Below, piece by piece: positions 61,503-64,000 of a stretch of DNA of 64,000 nucleotides. The notes under the pieces were generated by a model. The model was given only the letters and a program-made list of their open reading frames with translations, did no database searches and was not told the origin of the DNA. The DNA lies in assembly GCA_963737155.1 (NCBI GenBank), contig CAVTRN010000002.1, positions 480,001-544,000 on the forward strand. The letters are read 5' to 3'. Source of the stretch: Nitrospirota bacterium (GTDB lineage Bacteria; Nitrospirota; UBA9217). How positions within the stretch are numbered: position 1 is the stretch's first letter; every line of letters begins with the position of its first letter. Position numbers and translations under genes: made by a program.

Positions 61503-62637
61503 GCTGTCCCCCTGCCCGCCACTCCCCCAATCGCTGCATGGCCATACGTGACCATATTGACGAACACGTGGGGTCCATCACCCGAAAGGGGGCCACCAAC
61601 CCCGCTCCGCTTCCTACCAATGCAAGGACTCATAGCATAAACTATTGCGTTTTTCCATACAGGACACAAACAGGGCAGGAAGGGGACAGTATTCGCAGTT
61701 TTCAAGGGATTCATTCTTTAGCCAGACGACAAACTCCACAAAATGCGGATTATCAAATCGCTAGATGCCCTGAAGCTCGGTATTCGAGGTTCGCTGCCGA
61801 CTCGATGCAGAAAGCAACCTCTGTCAGGCTGTATTGAACTTTGATCCGGCCGATGTAAGCGAGCAACTTCTGAAAGCCTTCAAGCATGTGGTCAAGCACC
61901 AGGGTCGTAATTGGTGTCTTGCACGCGCTGTTTCCAAGAATGCGCTGTGGTTGTCTTCTACTGCACCAATGCCGAAAATCAAGTGCGTCCCCGGACCACG
62001 GATCTTTTTTTCGTCAGTTGAAGAAACTGCTTAAGTCTGATATCATCAATACAGTTCATTGAAGCCTCCTGCCTCTTGAATTAATTACCCCATTAACGAA
62101 TTCTCAGCGGGAGGTTTCTTTTTGGGCAGTCTTGAAAATCATATTTCCCGGTATTTTAATGGGAGGTCTCACCTCATGCCCTGCCCCTATATAACCCGAG
62201 CATTCAACAGTACGCTAAAGAAGTCCTGGAAAATTGGCATTTGGATAGGCCTTCTATTCGTGGCAGCATCGATTGCCTGTGCCCAGGATTCGTCCAGGGA
62301 CGGTCAGACTCAGGCAGAGCAAAACACCCCAACAACCCGAGAAAGAGTTCATCACCGGCATGTGTGATCGAGATATCTCTTGATCGGAATTCTGTGAAGA
62401 CCGCGTTCTATAAGACAAATGGCACCTTTCCCATCGATGCCAAAGTCAAAAATATCAGCGATACGGGCCAGGAGATTATCATATGGACGCAATATGGATG
62501 TTCATGGATATATGTTTGCCCCGAGATATCACCCGGCATTGAGGCAGCAAACCTCAAGCGCGGCTTACAAAGACTGGGCGGGTCATGAATATTTACCATG
62601 CTTTGATCCGGATTGCCGACAGAAAGGCGGTGCTAGA

Positions 62638-62910
62638 ATGTATCACGGTACAGAGGGTATACATCAGCTTGCGATGGGCGCGGCGGCGATCATGGGTTTC
62701 CTTATTCTGGTTGCGGTGGCCTTTTGCATTTTATGGGTTTATGTTGTCGTTGATATAATGCGAAGTGAGTTCACCGTCCCGACAAACAAGATTGTGTGGC
62801 TGTTACTCGTTCTTTTTGTCGGGCCTTTGGGTATAACTCTGTATTATTTCATTGGACGAGACCAAAGGGCAAACAAAACGGATCCGGGCACAGACTTGCC
62901 TCATCGGTGA
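62638..62910 (+). CDS. PLDc N-terminal-domain small membrane protein
   Basis: VDIMRSEF..NKIVWLLLVLFVGPLGITLYYFIGR. Confidence 0.8.
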   Translation: MYHGTEGIHQLAMGAAAIMGFLILVAVAFCILWVYVVVDIMRSEFTVPTNKIVWLLLVLFVGPLGITLYYFIGRDQRANKTDPGTDLPHR

Positions 62911-63271
62911 CCGGGATAAGGTGAAAAGATGATAAAAATAATTGATATCAGCCGCTGCAGGTTTGGGGCGATGGCCCAGGCGGGACTACAAAGAAGGCGA
63001 AGATTCGGGAAATAAAATAAATTGCGCCTGACCACATAAGCCGGTAAAAAGCCCTGAACGCTGCAATTTCAGATCCCCCAAAAACAGGAAGGTTTTAATA
63101 GGTAATTGCTCCCTTGTCAAAGTAGTGCCGGCATGTGGCTCGCAGGGGGAGATGAAAGACAAGGGTACTTTCTGAAGTCTGTAGCGGTAGCGTCTCTCGG
63201 AACTCGTATATTTTCTGTTCTCTTTTTACTTAAATCTGTCGCTCATCTGCGGGTTTGCAGGAACAGGCGAA

Positions 63272-64000
63272 CCGTTCCTAAAAACATAGTATTTTATTTC
63301 TCATAACTATGACGGCAGCCGAACAGTGCTGCTGCCGGTTAACGTCAGGGATTCCCGCCCTGATTCGCCCAAGTCCCGTTGTTTGCTGATCGGGATTGCT
63401 TCTGGCGCCTTTTCAGCAAGACTGCTGCTGGCAGGTGGCCCGGAGAATTGCGCTGTCGACGGGATGATGGCTTCTTCTGCATTTCAGCGCAGCCTGGGGA
63501 GTCCTGTAAGGACCGTCGTTGGTAGAGACTGTGATGATTTCCACAACCTCCCCGAGTCTTCATCTTGCTCCAAAACTTCCAGATGTGCTCCTCTCGATTC
63601 CTTGCAGGTAGAGGGGAGGCGGTTCTGCCTGGTATGGGAGACTCGGAATATCCTTGAACTCTTCTCGCGATAGCAAGCGCCGCTGCTTCATGCGGCGAGA
63701 TGCCATGAATAGACATATAATTGTTTCTGCCGATAACGGATGTGTAAGCAGGATTCACGGAGAGCACACCGACGCCTGCCTTAAATGCTCTGCGGTCAAG
63801 CATGTTTAAAAAGGTGGAATAGGCGAACCCGGACAGCATCCGCGCATACGTTACTCCCTGCTCCTTGAGAGATGCTTTCTTCTTTTCGAAGTCAAGAGTT
63901 TCATGAGCGACGGGTTTCCCGGTTTTAATTGACCGGTCGATAATGCCGACGCAGATATCACCGTAAGTTGCCTCGGTCTGTTCCGTGGTTCTGTCTTTTA
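63272..64000 (-). mobile_element. Right end of a TnpB-carrying element (probably IS607-type), truncated by window
   Basis: TnpB-related ORF, GGCAGCAGCACTGTTCGGCTGCC hairpin, terminal ...TATGTTTTTAGGAACGG. Confidence 0.55.
63345..63998 (-). CDS. TnpB-related protein, C-terminal part (no zinc finger; His at the RuvC-III position)
   Basis: GKPVAHETLDF, LSGFAYSTF, VNPAYTSVIG, SPHEAAALAIARR; frame open to window end. Confidence 0.85.
   Translation of the reverse strand, partial: KDRTTEQTEATYGDICVGIIDRSIKTGKPVAHETLDFEKKKASLKEQGVTYARMLSGFAYSTFLNMLDRRAFKAGVGVLSVNPAYTSVIGRNNYMSIHGISPHEAAALAIARRVQGYSESPIPGRTASPLPARNREEHIWKFWSKMKTRGGCGNHHSLYQRRSLQDSPGCAEMQKKPSSRRQRNSPGHLPAAVLLKRRQKQSRSANNGTWANQGGNP

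Noticed and set aside
61500-61640. Riboswitch-like GC-rich stretch (CACCCGAAAGGGGG) after pssA
   Set aside because: Only a short GAAA hairpin; no match to a riboswitch consensus I can recognise
62122-62588. Frameshifted secreted-protein gene
   Set aside because: A signal-peptide-like stretch is present, but no family is recognisable; insufficient evidence
60597-63340. CRISPR array associated with either TnpB/Cas12-like gene
   Set aside because: No regularly spaced direct repeats visible; the only repeat (TTGGTTGCGGGA at ~58278 and ~60605) is the IS605 end hairpin

Overview
Accessory, mobile-element-rich 64-kb bacterial region. The gene style suggests a Nitrospirota/Desulfobacterota-like organism (inference only). 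From left to right it holds: the end of a hybrid histidine kinase; a PA2779x2/PA2778-type C39 peptidase/TPR lipoprotein module; an asnB-like amidotransferase and an asparaginase; a CusRS-type two-component system with ArnT, PAP2 and beta-barrel genes and two homologous promoter boxes; a decaying NRPS with an FkbM-interrupted A domain; a C-P lyase (phn) cluster with a Pho-box-like array and unusual accessory enzymes but no phnN/phnP; GT2 and TMTC-like glycosylation genes; and pssA. Seven mobile elements are present: IS3, IS110/IS1111-type, a 100-bp MITE, two DDE ISs with 6-bp target duplications, an IS200/IS605 element, and a second TnpB-like element cut by the window edge. The best candidate for a novel system is the IS605 element (~58249-60624). 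It encodes an oversized 616-aa TnpB/Cas12-like RuvC nuclease with an intact D-E-D triad, a decayed tnpA and an apparently compact omega-RNA scaffold. The runner-up is the IS1111-type element, whose 3' non-coding RNA carries short segments matching its own target and donor sites (bridge/seek RNA). No rRNA, tRNA or CRISPR array was seen. All calls come from reading the sequence by eye; no database search was run.
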